NCBI GenBank assembly: GCA_028534125.1
Contig: CM052817.1
Location: forward strand, 78,246,001 to 78,310,000
Reading direction: 5' to 3'
Origin: Lama glama
Lineage: Eukaryota
Length of the DNA stretch: 64,000 nucleotides
Shown here: positions 11,641-24,045 of the stretch, in pieces
Layout of the letters: the number at the start of each line of letters is the position of its first letter
Numbering within the stretch: position 1 is the stretch's first letter
Position numbers and translations under genes: made by a program
The notes under the pieces: model-generated
Seen by the model: only the letters and a program-made list of their open reading frames with translations
Database searches by the model: none
What the model was told of the DNA's origin: nothing

Positions 11641-12789
11641 TGGCGCCAGTCCCACCTACTCAGGTTGATGCAACTTGAGAGAAAAAGCATCCACCATTTG
11701 AGATGTGTGTCAGCCAAGTTGGAAGGTGAAGCAAACATTCAGAAAAATACTAGAAGCTATAGGAAACAGAGATACAGTTTCAGCAGACATAGGGGAAGGG
11801 TTAGGGCAGTAGATGGGAGGGCCTGGGGTTGGCCAAGGGTGAGTGATGTAGTCTATATTAGGAACAAGAATGTTCAGAGCATTATAAGGATGAAAGTATG
11901 GTAGAGTAGTCGTTTGGAAAGCTTACATCATGGAAATTGACTGAAAATGCATGACTCGGATGCTCTGAGAGTCCAGGAGCCCAGAGAATCATCCTTTGGA
12001 AGGTGTCAGTTGTAGCAACTGCATTCTCTGCAACACTTGACTGCTGCACATTCTACACAACCATTGATACCATGGTCTATGTGTGTAGGTTCTTGGGGTG
12101 AAGCAGGTCCCAGGGACTGTGATACCTGGCACTGCCTAGGCTGGAGAGGACCTCAGAGACTCTAGCTTGATATATCTGTTGAATCTGAAGTACAGAACTC
12201 CTGTTCTTGTCTCGTTTTAGCAGGACATTGTCTACATAACCTCCCACCAGTCGTTGCTACCTTAGCTGCTGGTATCCCATCCCTGAACCTCACTCAGCAT
12301 CTGGGGATCCGCTCCTTGCCAGCACAATTCCATAAAGTCAAGCGTCTTCCAGTCAGTTCCTGGCCTCCTGTCACTGGGCACTACCTATCTGCAATAATAT
12401 TGGTGCCACTTAGGCTTCCAACTTCCGCGACACGAGCAGATTAAGCATCTATTTCTAGACTCTTTGACTGGTATGTTATGCCTACAGGAAACTTCTTTGT
12501 ATCATACCTCTGTCCACCTCCCCTATTACAGTGGGTTGTTCTAGCCCCTTCCATTACCACTGAAGTTAATTTTCTATATCCAGTTGCATCCCAAGATAGA
12601 AATAACATTGCAAAGCATAAAGGTCTTTTGAATTATTGTATTTTGGAAATGTCTGCCACTGCTCTCTTCCGTTGCTGAGTTAACACTGCATAGTTCTCTG
12701 ATCAATAGTAATATACTTACACTTTCTCATTCTTATCTCTGAATAGGTATATTTAAGTCACACTTGAAGGGTTACTATGCTAGACCGGA

Positions 12790-13180
12790 GTAAATGGATC
12801 GAGTTTAACTTCCATTTTGGTCACTGCCTGGTCTTTGGCACATAAAGGTAAGCAGAGAATCAGAAGTATGATAAGCACTCATGAGTATGATCCATTTCAC
12901 AATTAAATGTCCTGTCCAGGTGGCACACAATTGGTCACTACCTACCATAGCCCTGTAATAGGCAAACCTCCAGGGCTGAGAGACCATTCTGGATTTCTTG
13001 ACTTCTTCAAAGTGCAGGTTATCCCCCAAACTACCAATCACATTTGCAAACATCTTTTAAAAAGTCGTGGATGAGTCTGCTGAAAGTTGTCCTTGGACAT
13101 GGGACTACAGATGCCTGTAATTGCTCCACTCCCAGGCAAGATGCAGTCCATCATGCGAGTTGCTGTGGAACACAGTACGT
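12790..13180 (-). mobile_element. Ancient ERVL-class (class III ERV) pol relic, region C-terminal to RT
   Basis: Collinear minus-strand peptides ASCLGVEQLQA (13144-13112), NVIGSLG, FAYYRAMVGSDQL, HLIVKWI and KWK (12817-12809) resemble recalled ERVL pol ASFEWGPEQEKA, DAVWSLW, LACYWALVETERL, ELPIMNWV and KWKWY. Confidence 0.6.
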
Positions 13181-13613
13181 TCTGTTCTCTGTGGAATCTC
13201 AGTGTTAGAAGCAATGACTCCTTGAGCAGCTCTTTATCTTTACTGATTAAATGCTAAATTAAGTTAAAAAAATTGACTTTAGAAATTGGAATTTTCTGAG
13301 TGAGAAATAGTTAAGGGCTTCCCCTTTTAAACCTTGCAAGGTAAATTCCCCATACCCAAATTCTCACAAGCTGTAAAATCTACTGTCACATAGCACATGG
13401 AAAGGACATTAAAAACAACTTGAGCCAACCTCCTTAGGCTGGGTCTCATGAGTTGTTTTAAAAGATACCTTTAAACCCTTTGGTTCTCTGAAATACAGAA
13501 AGTGAAATTCATTTTGAGACTATTGTAATTTTTCCAGGTTTAAGAACCTAAGAAAATAGTTAGTTACTTAAAACTCTCTTAGCACATTTCTTTATAAAGC
13601 TTTCCAAGTGCAG

Positions 13614-13672
13614 GCACACGTGCACGCATGCGCGCACACATGCACACACACACACACACACGCAGACACACA
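13614..13672. repeat. Compound (CA/CG/TG)n microsatellite
   Basis: Perfect purine-pyrimidine alternation over 13614-13664 (51 nt). Confidence 0.9.
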
Positions 13673-13837
13673 GAGGGTGCACCTCCAGAGTGTAGTCTAG
13701 CTGTGGAGTCACCTTCTTAAATTTTAAATAAAATGAAAGTCTTAAACATTCACCTGAGGATACAAATTTTGGAAGATGCAGAATATATCGGTTCTTATTT
13801 TATTTTTTGTGGTTCTTCTCAGCATTGTCAAAGGGAC

Positions 13838-14630
13838 AGTATTGGTTATCTATTGCTGCATTAACACACCACCCACAACTTAATATCTTAAAATAGTACC
13901 ATTTATTACTTCTTACAATTTTGTGGTTAGTCTGAAGTGGTTTCTGCTGCAGGGCTTGTGTGGGCTCAGCCGGGTGACCACAGTTTGCTGATGGGCTGGC
14001 TGGGGGTTGGATTCAGCTGGGACAGTTGAGTCTCTCAGTATGTTATCTTCAACCTTCAAGAAGCCTAGACTGCTTTAATGATGGTGGTTGTGTTCCATCC
14101 GAGAGGGCAAAAATCTCACATGTAGGCAATTATCACATCTGTCGCTGACCCGTGGCCAAAGCAAGTCTCACAGCCAAGCCCGGGCAGTGTTTGTGTGACA
14201 AGGTTTCATCTGTCAGCCTGGTTGGGCTGTCATACTCAGTGATTTAACCAAACACTCAACCCAGGTGTTGCTGTGAAGGTATTTTATGGATGTGATTAAT
14301 GTCTATAATCAACTGACTTTAAGTAGAGGAGGTTACCCTTGATACTGTGCGTGGCTCTTATTGGCCATTTGGAGGCCTTAAGAGCAAAAACTGAGATTTT
14401 CCAGAGAAGAAGAAATTCTGCCTCAAGATTGCAGCATCAGCCCCTGCCTAAGTTTCCGGCCTTGCCAGTCCCCATACCTTCAGAACCAATTCCTTAAAAT
14501 AAATCCCTTTATGTGTATCCTTGTGGTCTGTTTCTCTGAAGAGCCCTGACTGATCCAGTGGGGGACTACACACAGTGGCAGATGCTGAGAAACCTGATAC
14601 AGCCGGGTCATTAATGTCACAACCTACTGC
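13838..14630 (-). mobile_element. Old MLT1-type LTR interrupted by an MLT2 LTR
   Basis: gtattggttatctattgctgcatt..caacttaatatcttaaaa..ggccaaagcaagtctcacagccaagcc, resuming after 14557 with ggggactacaca. Confidence 0.6.
14194..14557 (+). mobile_element. MLT2-type (ERVL) solo LTR
   Basis: TG start; ggtgttgctgtgaaggtattttatggatgtgatt; aagagcaaaaactgag..agaagaagaaattctgcctcaaga; aataaa; ends ctgtttctctgaagagccctgactgatcCA. Confidence 0.8.
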
Positions 14631-14659
14631 AATTTGTCCTTGGCTCTGGTGTTATTTTG

Positions 14660-15050
14660 TGTCCTCCAATAAGCAGTTTACAAGATGGAATTAGAAAGGT
14701 GTTAGATTTTTTAGAGGAAGGATCTGCAAAAGATAGGGGTGGGGGTAGCCAGAGAAGGAAAGAAGCACCTTAAGGCTGTGACCTGGATCTGACACCTGTG
14801 AATGAAGGAAGAAAGAGGGCTGAGCAGGAGGTGCCTCGGACTGCAAGGTAGTTCTAAGAAGGCTACGTCCGGGCTAATGGAGCCGAAGTTGCCCATCAGA
14901 GGTGTCCTGGGGCTCATGGAATGGGCCTCCATTAGCACTCATGCAATTGGCGTGAGAAGCACTGCCCCAACGTGAAAGCAGGCGGGGACCCAAAGGGGCA
15001 GTAGCTCTCCCCACAGCAGAAGCTCTGAGTAGTGCTTTTTCATGGCTGCC
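14660..15050 (-). mobile_element. LTR16-like ERVL LTR fragment
   Basis: GC-richer block resembling LTR16-family sequence (gacacctgtgaatgaagg..gccgaagttgcccatcagagg). Family assignment tentative. Confidence 0.45.
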
Positions 15051-15689
15051 ACAGCCCCCAGCGATTCATGGTCCTTCCACAATCAAAATACACTTAACTC
15101 TCTTCAAGACTTCAAAGTCCCATTCAGTCATGGCATCAGGCTTACGGTCCATCATTTCATGATCTGCATCAGGTCCAGGCACAGCTGAGGATCCCCAGAT
15201 GCAGCTCTTCCTTATCCAGAGATCGGAGCAGAAGGTCGAATTATCTGTTCCCAGTCACTTAATACATAACGGTGAGACAGGGATGGATAACTGCGATAGA
15301 CGCACCCCTTCAAAAAGATGAATGGGGTTCCATTTCTGGGAAAATGGAATGGGAGTGTCTCTCCAGGAAATACAGCTATCAAACCTGAAGAGAATTCATG
15401 GAGCTCAAGAAATCTGAAAAGTAAGTACCAGCAAGTAGCTTGGGGAAGATCAGAATTCAAGTCCAAACCACTCCATGGGGAGTATACCACGTTTCCCCTT
15501 CTGGTATCCCCCAGCTAACTAAAAGTGGGCATGAGAGAGCACATAGAGGTAATCCTGTGGGCTTGGTACCAAAAAAACAGGAAAAGAAACACATTAGACT
15601 CAGAGAGAGTATGGACATGCTCCTCTTTCCCTTTCTTTCATCTTGTTCTCTCACACTCCAACCTCTAACTTATCCCATGGTGATGGGAC

Positions 15690-16500
15690 ACAGCCAGAAA
15701 CCCGAGGCTGCAGGAACCGAAACCCTGAGACAGTATAAATGTGCCCCCTGCCCAGTGGTGCTGCCATAACAAGAGGGTGGTCCAAGCCCGACCACTTTCT
15801 GCCCATGTCCTGCTCACTGACTGTGGATGCTGATGAAATTGCAGAAGTACACAGCAGAGCAGGGTAATACTGAGCTGGAGGACCAAAATGAGGCGCTCTA
15901 CGGAACTGGAAAGGACCAGAAGGATTATAGAGAGGGAGGGATCAGAAAAGCAACCTCATAACATTGTTTATGAACCCATGGGTGCATCTCTAAACTGCGT
16001 GTGTAGGTCTGATCCTCCTTAGCATGCCAAAGATTCTAAGAACTGAAATGAGGATATGCCGCTATCCAGGTCCGAGTCTGACCACTGCATGGTACATGTG
16101 TGGATAGACCCAAATAGCACTGCAAAACGCACTGCCAAGGATTTGAAAACTGAAAGGGAATTGGCATTGGAACTGTAGACTACAGAAGGAAGACTGGAAC
16201 TTGTGACCTAACCCCAGCCAACGTGCCTCCCTGCTAAAACAGAAATATCAACATCCTCCAAAGGATTTAAAGAAGACTCAAAGTCTCATAATATTTGAAA
16301 CGTCCAGAGTACAGTCCAAAAATCACAAAACAAAGAACCAGGAAAATCTCAAGTCACATGGGAAAAGAAAATGAACTGATGACGAACACATACCAGCGCC
16401 AACATGACACAGATGCTGAAATCATCTTACATCAAGCAATCGTGAGCGCTCCTGGAGCCAACTGAAAAACAAGTTCGCAGCAAAGAAACAGAATATTGTA
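15690..16500 (+). mobile_element. Old L1M 5'/pre-ORF1 fragment
   Basis: ctgctaaaacagaaatatcaacatcctccaaaggattt..gtccagagtacagtccaaaaatcac..aagaaccaggaaaatctcaa, typical of an old L1M 5' region. Confidence 0.55.
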
Positions 16501-18832
16501 TTAATTGGGGTTCTCCAGAGAAAATTATGCCCATTCTTCCCTTTCAACAAATGGGAAAACAATTGTTTTCACCTCTGGATTTGTTCCATGTCTAAAATAT
16601 GTATAATTCCTTTCTTTCTACCCTTTCTCTCTTCCCTTCTTCTTTCATCTTTCCTTCCTTCCAAGTATGAGAGAAATATAGACTTATTTAACTTTGAATT
16701 TCAGGTAAAATATATTTTGTAACGAAATTCTCAGAGATTTGTTATAGTATATCTTTGTTAAAATGTTTCCTCACTCAGAACAAAAGTATAGGATATTTTG
16801 TGGTTCTAACTGATTGTCTTATGTCTGATTAAAACATGAAATTTGGTTATGTACTGTTTGTTTCAATTTTGTATGTGTATTTTAAACTTCCATATGTGTG
16901 TGCATTTGCAACAGACCATCTAGGAAACAAGTTAAAAACGTTATTTATAAAAGAGATGAAATAGACAAGGAATGTGGAAATAAGCTATTAGTATGTGTCT
17001 CTGATCATTAACTTTATGTAATACTCATCTCAAATTCAGTGACTTGGTCCCCTCCCCAAAATATGTTTTACTTACTACTCTGACTCCGTAAATTTTGTTC
17101 TAACTGAACACTAGTTTTAATGTACTCATTGAATATTAACATGAATATGTACCATCATATGTATGTACATGAGTTATAAATCACTCCTTTAAAGGAGTAC
17201 TGAATGTGTGAAACATTTAGAAGGTCCTATCCTTTTCCAGGTATGGATAAAATTCAGACTCAGAATTGGTGTTGTATAAGTGTAATGTGACTGACTGATC
17301 TCCAGTAAGAGGAGAAAGAGAAGTCAGGAGATGGTGGCTTAATCTCAAGTCCGTCTGTAATGTGAAAGCCTTAGGAAAGACATTTGAGATCTTAAATTGC
17401 AATAGTCTCATCTGAAATTTTAATTCCAACCTCTCCATTTTCAGAAGGGCATCGTTGTACTCCTGCCTGTAGAACATCCATTTGGAATTCCTCTCTTAAT
17501 CCTCATGACTCGCTCTCTCAGGACCTGTACTACGCAGTAAGTCACACTCCCTTCACAGAGTTGGCACCATCAGGGGTGAGCTCTGTGACTCGGAAAACTG
17601 TGGAATAGTTCCTCTCAGTATAAAGCCAACTGGCTCAGCTCACATACTTAGTCTAATAATACCCCAGTCAACTAAATTCACCTGCCCCAATTTCATATTT
17701 TACAGTGAGAACAGAAAGGATACAACTTAATATCCTAAGTATCATAATTTGGGTCTGGGAACAATACCAACTTGTCACTCTCAAAACCCAGCTGAGGGGG
17801 AAACAGGAGACTACACAAAGCAGTGCAGCAGCTGAAATAGCACAAGAAATGGACTCCACGGGGGAGGAGCAGGGAGGCTGGAAGTGATGCTTAGGAGTGT
17901 TGTCCTCGACACTGCTGTTTCTATGTTGTGTTCTGGAGAAAGCGGTGCATTTGCCAGTTCAAAGGCAAGCTACGAACAGTTATTTTACTTATGTGGTAAA
18001 CCTGATTGCCAAAAGTAAGGTTGGGAGAAGATTTCCTACATTTCTGTAGTAAAACTCGACTTACGACAGTCAAAAGTAGTTCTTGGTTAATTTCCACAAA
18101 ATTTAGTTTTTGGAATTTCTATTACTCTATGTAATATTGCATAAAAGACGCATCAGTTTGCCAACTTAAATAAAAGTTGTAGAATCAATTAAACGTGGTA
18201 CTGTTCCTCATCTCCATATTTTATATTCCTACTTAGCATAGGAACTATACAGTTTGCTTTGATTTCATAAAAGCTAATTTCAGACCTTCTTTTGTTCATC
18301 AAAGGCAATTTCAGCTCTCCAGATGCTGATACTTTAGAAAGGAAAAAAGTAAGAGTCAGAGGCCAATGCACTTCCCTTTTTACAGGTTGCTTTATCAAAT
18401 ATTAAAGAATGAACAAAGGAGGGATTGTTTCAACAGTTAAATCCCAATAATGGTGGTGCACTCATTCAGATTTCAGCAGTCATACCTGTGTGCATGGTAT
18501 TGAAGCCCCTGGAATACTTTTTAAGGAATCCCTTTTGTTTCCAGTTGCATTATCAGCAGCTACCTTGGATCAGCAAGAACCATACAAAGGAGAGTCTTGG
18601 ATTATGTCTATAATGTCACATTTTTACCAGATTTACACATTGGTGATGATGAATTTCACATGTTAGGTATAAAGAGCAAATTTTTCCCTCAGACTCTGAT
18701 AAAAGCCCAGTAAGCCGTCATATGAAGGCTACATGAGACTGGGAAAGGCAGGACGAATCCAGCATCACAGACTGAAGAGCACACAGCATTGTCAGACAGG
18801 ATAAGAAAAATATGAACTCTTACCATAGGTCG

Positions 18833-18838
18833 TTTATT
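18833..18838 (-). terminator. Candidate distal poly(A) signal AATAAA
   Basis: AATAAA followed about 20 nt later by CA, then U-rich (tatttttcttatcctgtctg) and GU-rich (tgctgtgtgctc) sequence, the canonical layout. Confidence 0.4.
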
Positions 18839-21003
18839 AGAAACACATCTAAAATTTACATATACTCACAGAAAAGTCTTCAGTAGAAGAATGAGGGGAA
18901 GAAAGGTATGCCAGTCAGACAAGATGTAAAAGATATCAGACAAAATTAACTTTCAATAAAAGAGCATTATTTGATGTTCCCCAAGAAGACAAAATTTTAA
19001 AATAAGGTGTCCACTATGATCTGGCATTCTTTTCATTTTTATACTATTTTGCAGAGGCATATGGATTTTGTGTGTGTGTGTGCTCTCTAAATGTAAGTTA
19101 TTCCTGGTAAGTGTACAGTGCTCCTTGTCAAAAACAGTGATATTTTATTTAAGCTCCTTTACATTAGTCTAGATGATCAAGTTTCAGTGATCTCATGTCC
19201 CTTCTCAATTTTCAGCATTTGAATTATCAACATTACCCAAATTCTTAGTTTCCTTGTGCTATGTAATAGGCCAAGGTGGCACAGAAACTTGTTCTAATTG
19301 CTCATATGTTTGCAGGATTAGGAAGTTAAATATGCCATCAAGCACGTCAGTAGCTTATTCTGTAACAAATATAAACATTTATGTATATGCTGTTTTACAC
19401 TACCGTGCTACACATTTTTAATAAAAGGTAGAAAATAAACTTGAACGCTGGATCAGCAGCACCATTTTGTACTAGTTGTGTACTAGTTCACAGGTCTAGG
19501 AAATCTAGAATATTCTGACCTGGCCCAGACTGAAGGCTCCAGAGTTAATTTTTTATTCTGTTATGCAATAAATTAACCTGCGATGATAACATGGTTTTGA
19601 GCCCAAGGTAGTTAAGGCTATGAAAGTTCCAATCTACTAGGTGCCTCAGCTGGTTAAATCATGTATCATTTCTAAATCTACTATTTGGAGACACAATGAT
19701 GGTAATTTTTTTTTTTTTTTGTATCAGGGAAACCTCACAGGACTGAGGCAACACCAAAGTGATGAAATGCCACTTTTAAAAAGGTAATACCTAAAATATT
19801 CACCATAACTTTTAGCATCCTTCTATTATATTTGTGAAAATCAGGATTTTTCACAAATATTTTGAATGTTTAATATACAAAAGAGTCATTATAAACCCAT
19901 ATCTGAGCCTACCCATATTATTGAGTACCTTTCAAAATTCCTTAGCCCTGACTTCAGGGTAAAAGAGTGTGGCCTTTTCCCAAGATAGTACCAGAACCGT
20001 AACCTTTCACAGCAGGAAAGAAGAGAAAGACTTCAGAGTGGGTACGTGCTCTCCAGCTTTCCTACAAGACTTTTCCTCTAGGACGACTGTATTTATGCTC
20101 TTAATTTCTCAAACCTAAAAAAATCAATTCTCACATTTTTGTTATTGTTAAGTGATATAAAAGTTGCAGGACAGAAATGCTAATATATCTGAGATGCTTA
20201 TAAATAGTGGTCTTTTGGATAAAAGGTGACAGCATACAGTCTTCTAAGGACCTGTTTTGGTTTCAGTGCTTTGAAAAGAAAGGGTGGTGTCCCAAGAGGT
20301 CTTTACACAGGATTTTGAAAAGTTCTGCTTGACTACTGACCTTCAGCCTGGTCAGACCCAGCGCCTCATCCTCATCAGTTTACTCCACCGCATGGCCCTA
20401 GCATGGTTCCCAGGGTAATTTCCTCAGCAGCCCTGTCAGTTGTGAGCCACTGAGATTAAACAAAATGGGCATTTGGCTTCCTTTCAAGTTTCGCATTCAT
20501 CACATAATCGGGCCATGGAGCATCCATTTCAGAGAAGGCAGCATCCGAAGGAATGAGCAGAACGTGATTAAATATACACACTACAAAATTTTACAGCTGT
20601 CCTTTGTATTCAAATGATATTAAGCACACAATCACGTTAAACTGAAAACACTTGAGTTCTAAAAATATACTGTTGAAACAAATGACATAGTGAGAAACAA
20701 GACCAAAATCTATTGGTATGAAATACAGTCTATAACTTCAGATACAAATGCTACATTACATACAGTCATACTGAGATATCTTCTAAATTAGAATCTGGGC
20801 ATTTATATATTTTAAAGTTAGCTCTAGAGTCTCAAATTAGTATTTTTACTGAGTTTAAATATCTTTAATGAATCTTTATGTTTCTTTTTAAAATGAACTG
20901 AGCATAAATATAATTCTAAATCAAGTTTTCTAATTTCAAAGAATTGTCAGATAACCTTTCTCCGTAAATCATTAGAACTAAATAACTTCCTTGAAATTAT
21001 ATC

Positions 21004-21147
21004 TTTCTTTTTTTTTAAAATTTGTTTCATGAGGCGGGGAGGAATTAGGTTTATTTATTTATTTATATTTGGAGGTGGTACTGGGGATTGAACCCAGGAC
21101 CTCGTGCATGCTAACCACACGCTCTACCACTTGAGCTATACCCTCCC
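21004..21147 (-). mobile_element. tRNA-Ala-derived SINE (Vic-1-like), sense to PRDM5, in the putative 3'UTR
   Basis: Minus strand reads GGGAGGGTATAGCTCAAGTGGTAGAGCGTGTGGTTAGCATGCACGAGGTCCTGGGTTCAATCCCCAGTACC, then (AAAT)n, CCTAATTCCTCCCC and an A-rich tail. Confidence 0.9.
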
Positions 21148-21915
21148 TTGCTCCTTTCTTTTGAGTGGTCTCCAAATAAAAAAGTTCATGAATTGGGCTT
21201 CATTTTAATTTTTTTCCTGGCTTTTGGATTCTCCTATGGTGTTTTGACAACACTGTTACATTATATCGCATCCTCTCCCCAAATAAGCTGTTCATTGTGT
21301 GTTGCTCCCCAGTATTTAATTGAAATACAGCCTTAAAAGAAGAAATGCTCCTTGCTTCACATTCCCTTATGCATCAGTGATTATTTCAGTCACTGTTTAT
21401 ATTGTTAAATTGCCAGTTTTGTTTGGATTTTTTATTCTGGATTCCTGATTATACAGGATAGGGGGTAATTCAAAAGTGTTTCAGAATCACCTACTGCCAA
21501 GATTCTGGAAAATATCTTTTGCAAAACAGAGTGTAAGTGCTCTGAGGACTCTTATCTGTACTAACATGTTCTGCGCACTCCTGTGGAATGAGAGGGTAAA
21601 GGGCCAGGTTCATCGTGACTAATACTGTAACACGCCTGTCGTGCTGGCACTCTGTCAGTCAACAGATACTGAGAGCTGTTTTGTTTCAAGTTTTAGTTGT
21701 GTATATTTATATATTGTTAATTTCTAAAGCTAGCTAGCACAAACTCAGGAGGATCAGCTTGATAAATATTTAAGTGTATTTAATATTTTTGTGTAGATCC
21801 TATAAAAGCATTCCAGACCATGAATGTCAATATCTGAATGATGAGAGGAAATGTTTCCTAAGAACTGTCTGGAATAAGCAATATTTCAATAGATGTTTTA
21901 GTTCCTAAATACCTC

Positions 21916-21921
21916 TTTATT
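21916..21921 (-). terminator. Candidate proximal poly(A) signal AATAAA
   Basis: First AATAAA I found downstream of the PRDM5 stop (about 610 nt). The downstream U/GU element is not strong. Confidence 0.35.
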
Positions 21922-22531
21922 TTAAACTGACCTTTTAAACTGACTTGTTATAGGGAGCTATTAAATAAGATCAACTTTTGGTCTGTTTCACAGAATAGCA
22001 GATTTTATCCTATTAGAGACTTTGAACACTCTTGCCTCTTATCCCTATGTGCAATGAAATAGCTTGGAAATCTTCATTTCTTTCTGGCTAAATTGGTAAT
22101 AACCAGTTGCAATAACCAGCATGTACAAACGCACACACACGCAGATGCACGCACATGCAGATACACACACGCACATGCAGGGATAACGAAATAAAGGAGC
22201 CTCATAAGGGGTATGTTAATAAACTTCATTATAGAGAGACGGCCAAGAAGAAGAGCCATAGCAACTTTTTCCATTTTTATAAGACATAACACAGTAGTCT
22301 TTTGAAAGGCTACAAAGTTATTTTTTTTTCCATTTGTACCATTTCTTGATAAAAGGAGTTTTTTGGGTTTTTTTTTTTGGCATATTATCTACAGACTCTA
22401 AAGTTCGGCAAATAAGAACTCTGAGACCAGTGAATTACTTTTGCCTAGTTCTGCTATGCTAATCAGGTGAGAGAAATCTGGGTTTCATATCAGGAGCCCT
22501 TCTGAATAGCTTAATTCCTGTGCAGCTACCA

Positions 22532-22696
<165 letters not shown>

Positions 22697-23777
22697 CTAG
22701 AAAAGACCCAAAGACACCAATCATATTATATTGAAAAATCCAAAGGTACACCAATTTATCATTTACACAATATACATTATGCAAATTCCTATTATCAAGT
22801 AGGTACTGACAGGCATAAGAACAAAAAGTGCTCTTGAGAGAAATGGAATCTAGCATCCAAAGTAAGAAGTAAAGAAAATACATTTATACTTCCAAGAGTT
22901 GTTTGCATTTAATGGGCATCCTCTGCATCCCAACCACTCTCCCTCCCCCAGCTACTGTATTTAAACATCTCTGGAGAGACAACTCCCCAGAAACAATAGC
23001 TTTCTCCCCGTAATGGGGCTTACTGACAATTTCACATTAAACCTCGTAAGCAAAATACCTTACGGTCTAGGGGGCATCTCCAGTTTTGGGCACAAGGCAT
23101 GTCTCACCAGCGATTTCTTCAATGCAGTCCCATTTGTGAAGTAAAAGGTTAGCACTGCTTTGAGCATCCTACCCGGAAGTTTATTACCCACTGTTCCAAT
23201 TCTTTCTTTCTGACTTAAAGATATGCCATTTAACATATTCACTTCCTGTAAATTCCGCCAGATTGCCACCTGGCTCAACAGACATTAAACATCCCAATAA
23301 TTTAAAATATTAAATTAACACGGAAGATGTAAGGCATGAGTTTTCAGTCATACAAGAAAATAAAATGAGATTCTTTTAATACCAAATTTTCAGTCAAAGT
23401 CTGGTGTTATTCACAAAAATTCCCTTCACATGAAATTCTTCAAAAACACACCCACTATAAAATAAGACATACTTAAATAATGTGAAAATTTCATGAAAAG
23501 CATAATGACGACGATGGGAGAGGTAAAGGCTTGTAAAAATACTGGGAAAAAAGCTGAAGTTCTGACTGAGGGAAAGCTTGTGAAAATATAAAGGCAAATA
23601 AAAAATTCTCTCTCTCTCTTTATGAGAGGAGGGGGATTTTACATTCACAGCAACAAGAAACTCGGGAGGGCAAGGCTGGCAATTTGGTAAGGAGAGGCAG
23701 TAATCCAATAATAATGTATTCTGAGTCATCCATAGGCAGCAGCATAGTGTGATATAAAGAAAACTAGGTTTAGATTC

Positions 23778-24045
23778 TGCTATGGGCTGAATGCTTGTGA
23801 ACGCTCAAAATTCATAAGTTAAAGCCCTAACCCTCAGTGTGATGGTATCTGAGGTGGAGCCATTGGGAGATAACTAGGGTTAGATGAGGTCAGAGGATGG
23901 AGTCCCATGCTGGGATTAACACTCTTACAGACAGGGAGACACCCAGATCTCGCTCTCTCTCCTCTGCATGCACACACCCAGGAAGGCCAGGAGAGGACAC
24001 AGCTAGTGAGAGGGTCCTCCCTAAAAACCCAACTACACTGCCACC
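23778..24045 (+). mobile_element. MLT1A/MST-like MaLR LTR (3' truncated), inside a MIR-like element
   Basis: tgctatgggctgaatg..caaaattcataagttaaagccctaaccctcagtgtgatggtat..ttagatgaggtca. MIR-like sequence at ~23735-23777 and ~24150-24340. Confidence 0.8.

Larger units (their letters stand above)
18810..22531 (-). other. PRDM5: Putative PRDM5 3'UTR (distal end uncertain)
   Basis: AT-rich, mostly unique sequence after the stop codon. Minus-strand AATAAA at 21916-21921, 21431-21436 and 18833-18838, among others. The true cleavage site cannot be read from sequence alone. Confidence 0.5.

Noticed and set aside
11641..11658. TGGCGCC as a retroviral tRNA-Lys primer-binding site
   Set aside because: The match stops after 7 nt and the upstream sequence is L1 ORF2, not an LTR.
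21075..21147. tRNA-Ala(AGC) gene (also the four similar copies)
   Set aside because: Diverged stems, a shared non-tRNA tail, poly-A and TSDs at several copies indicate SINEs rather than functional tRNA genes.
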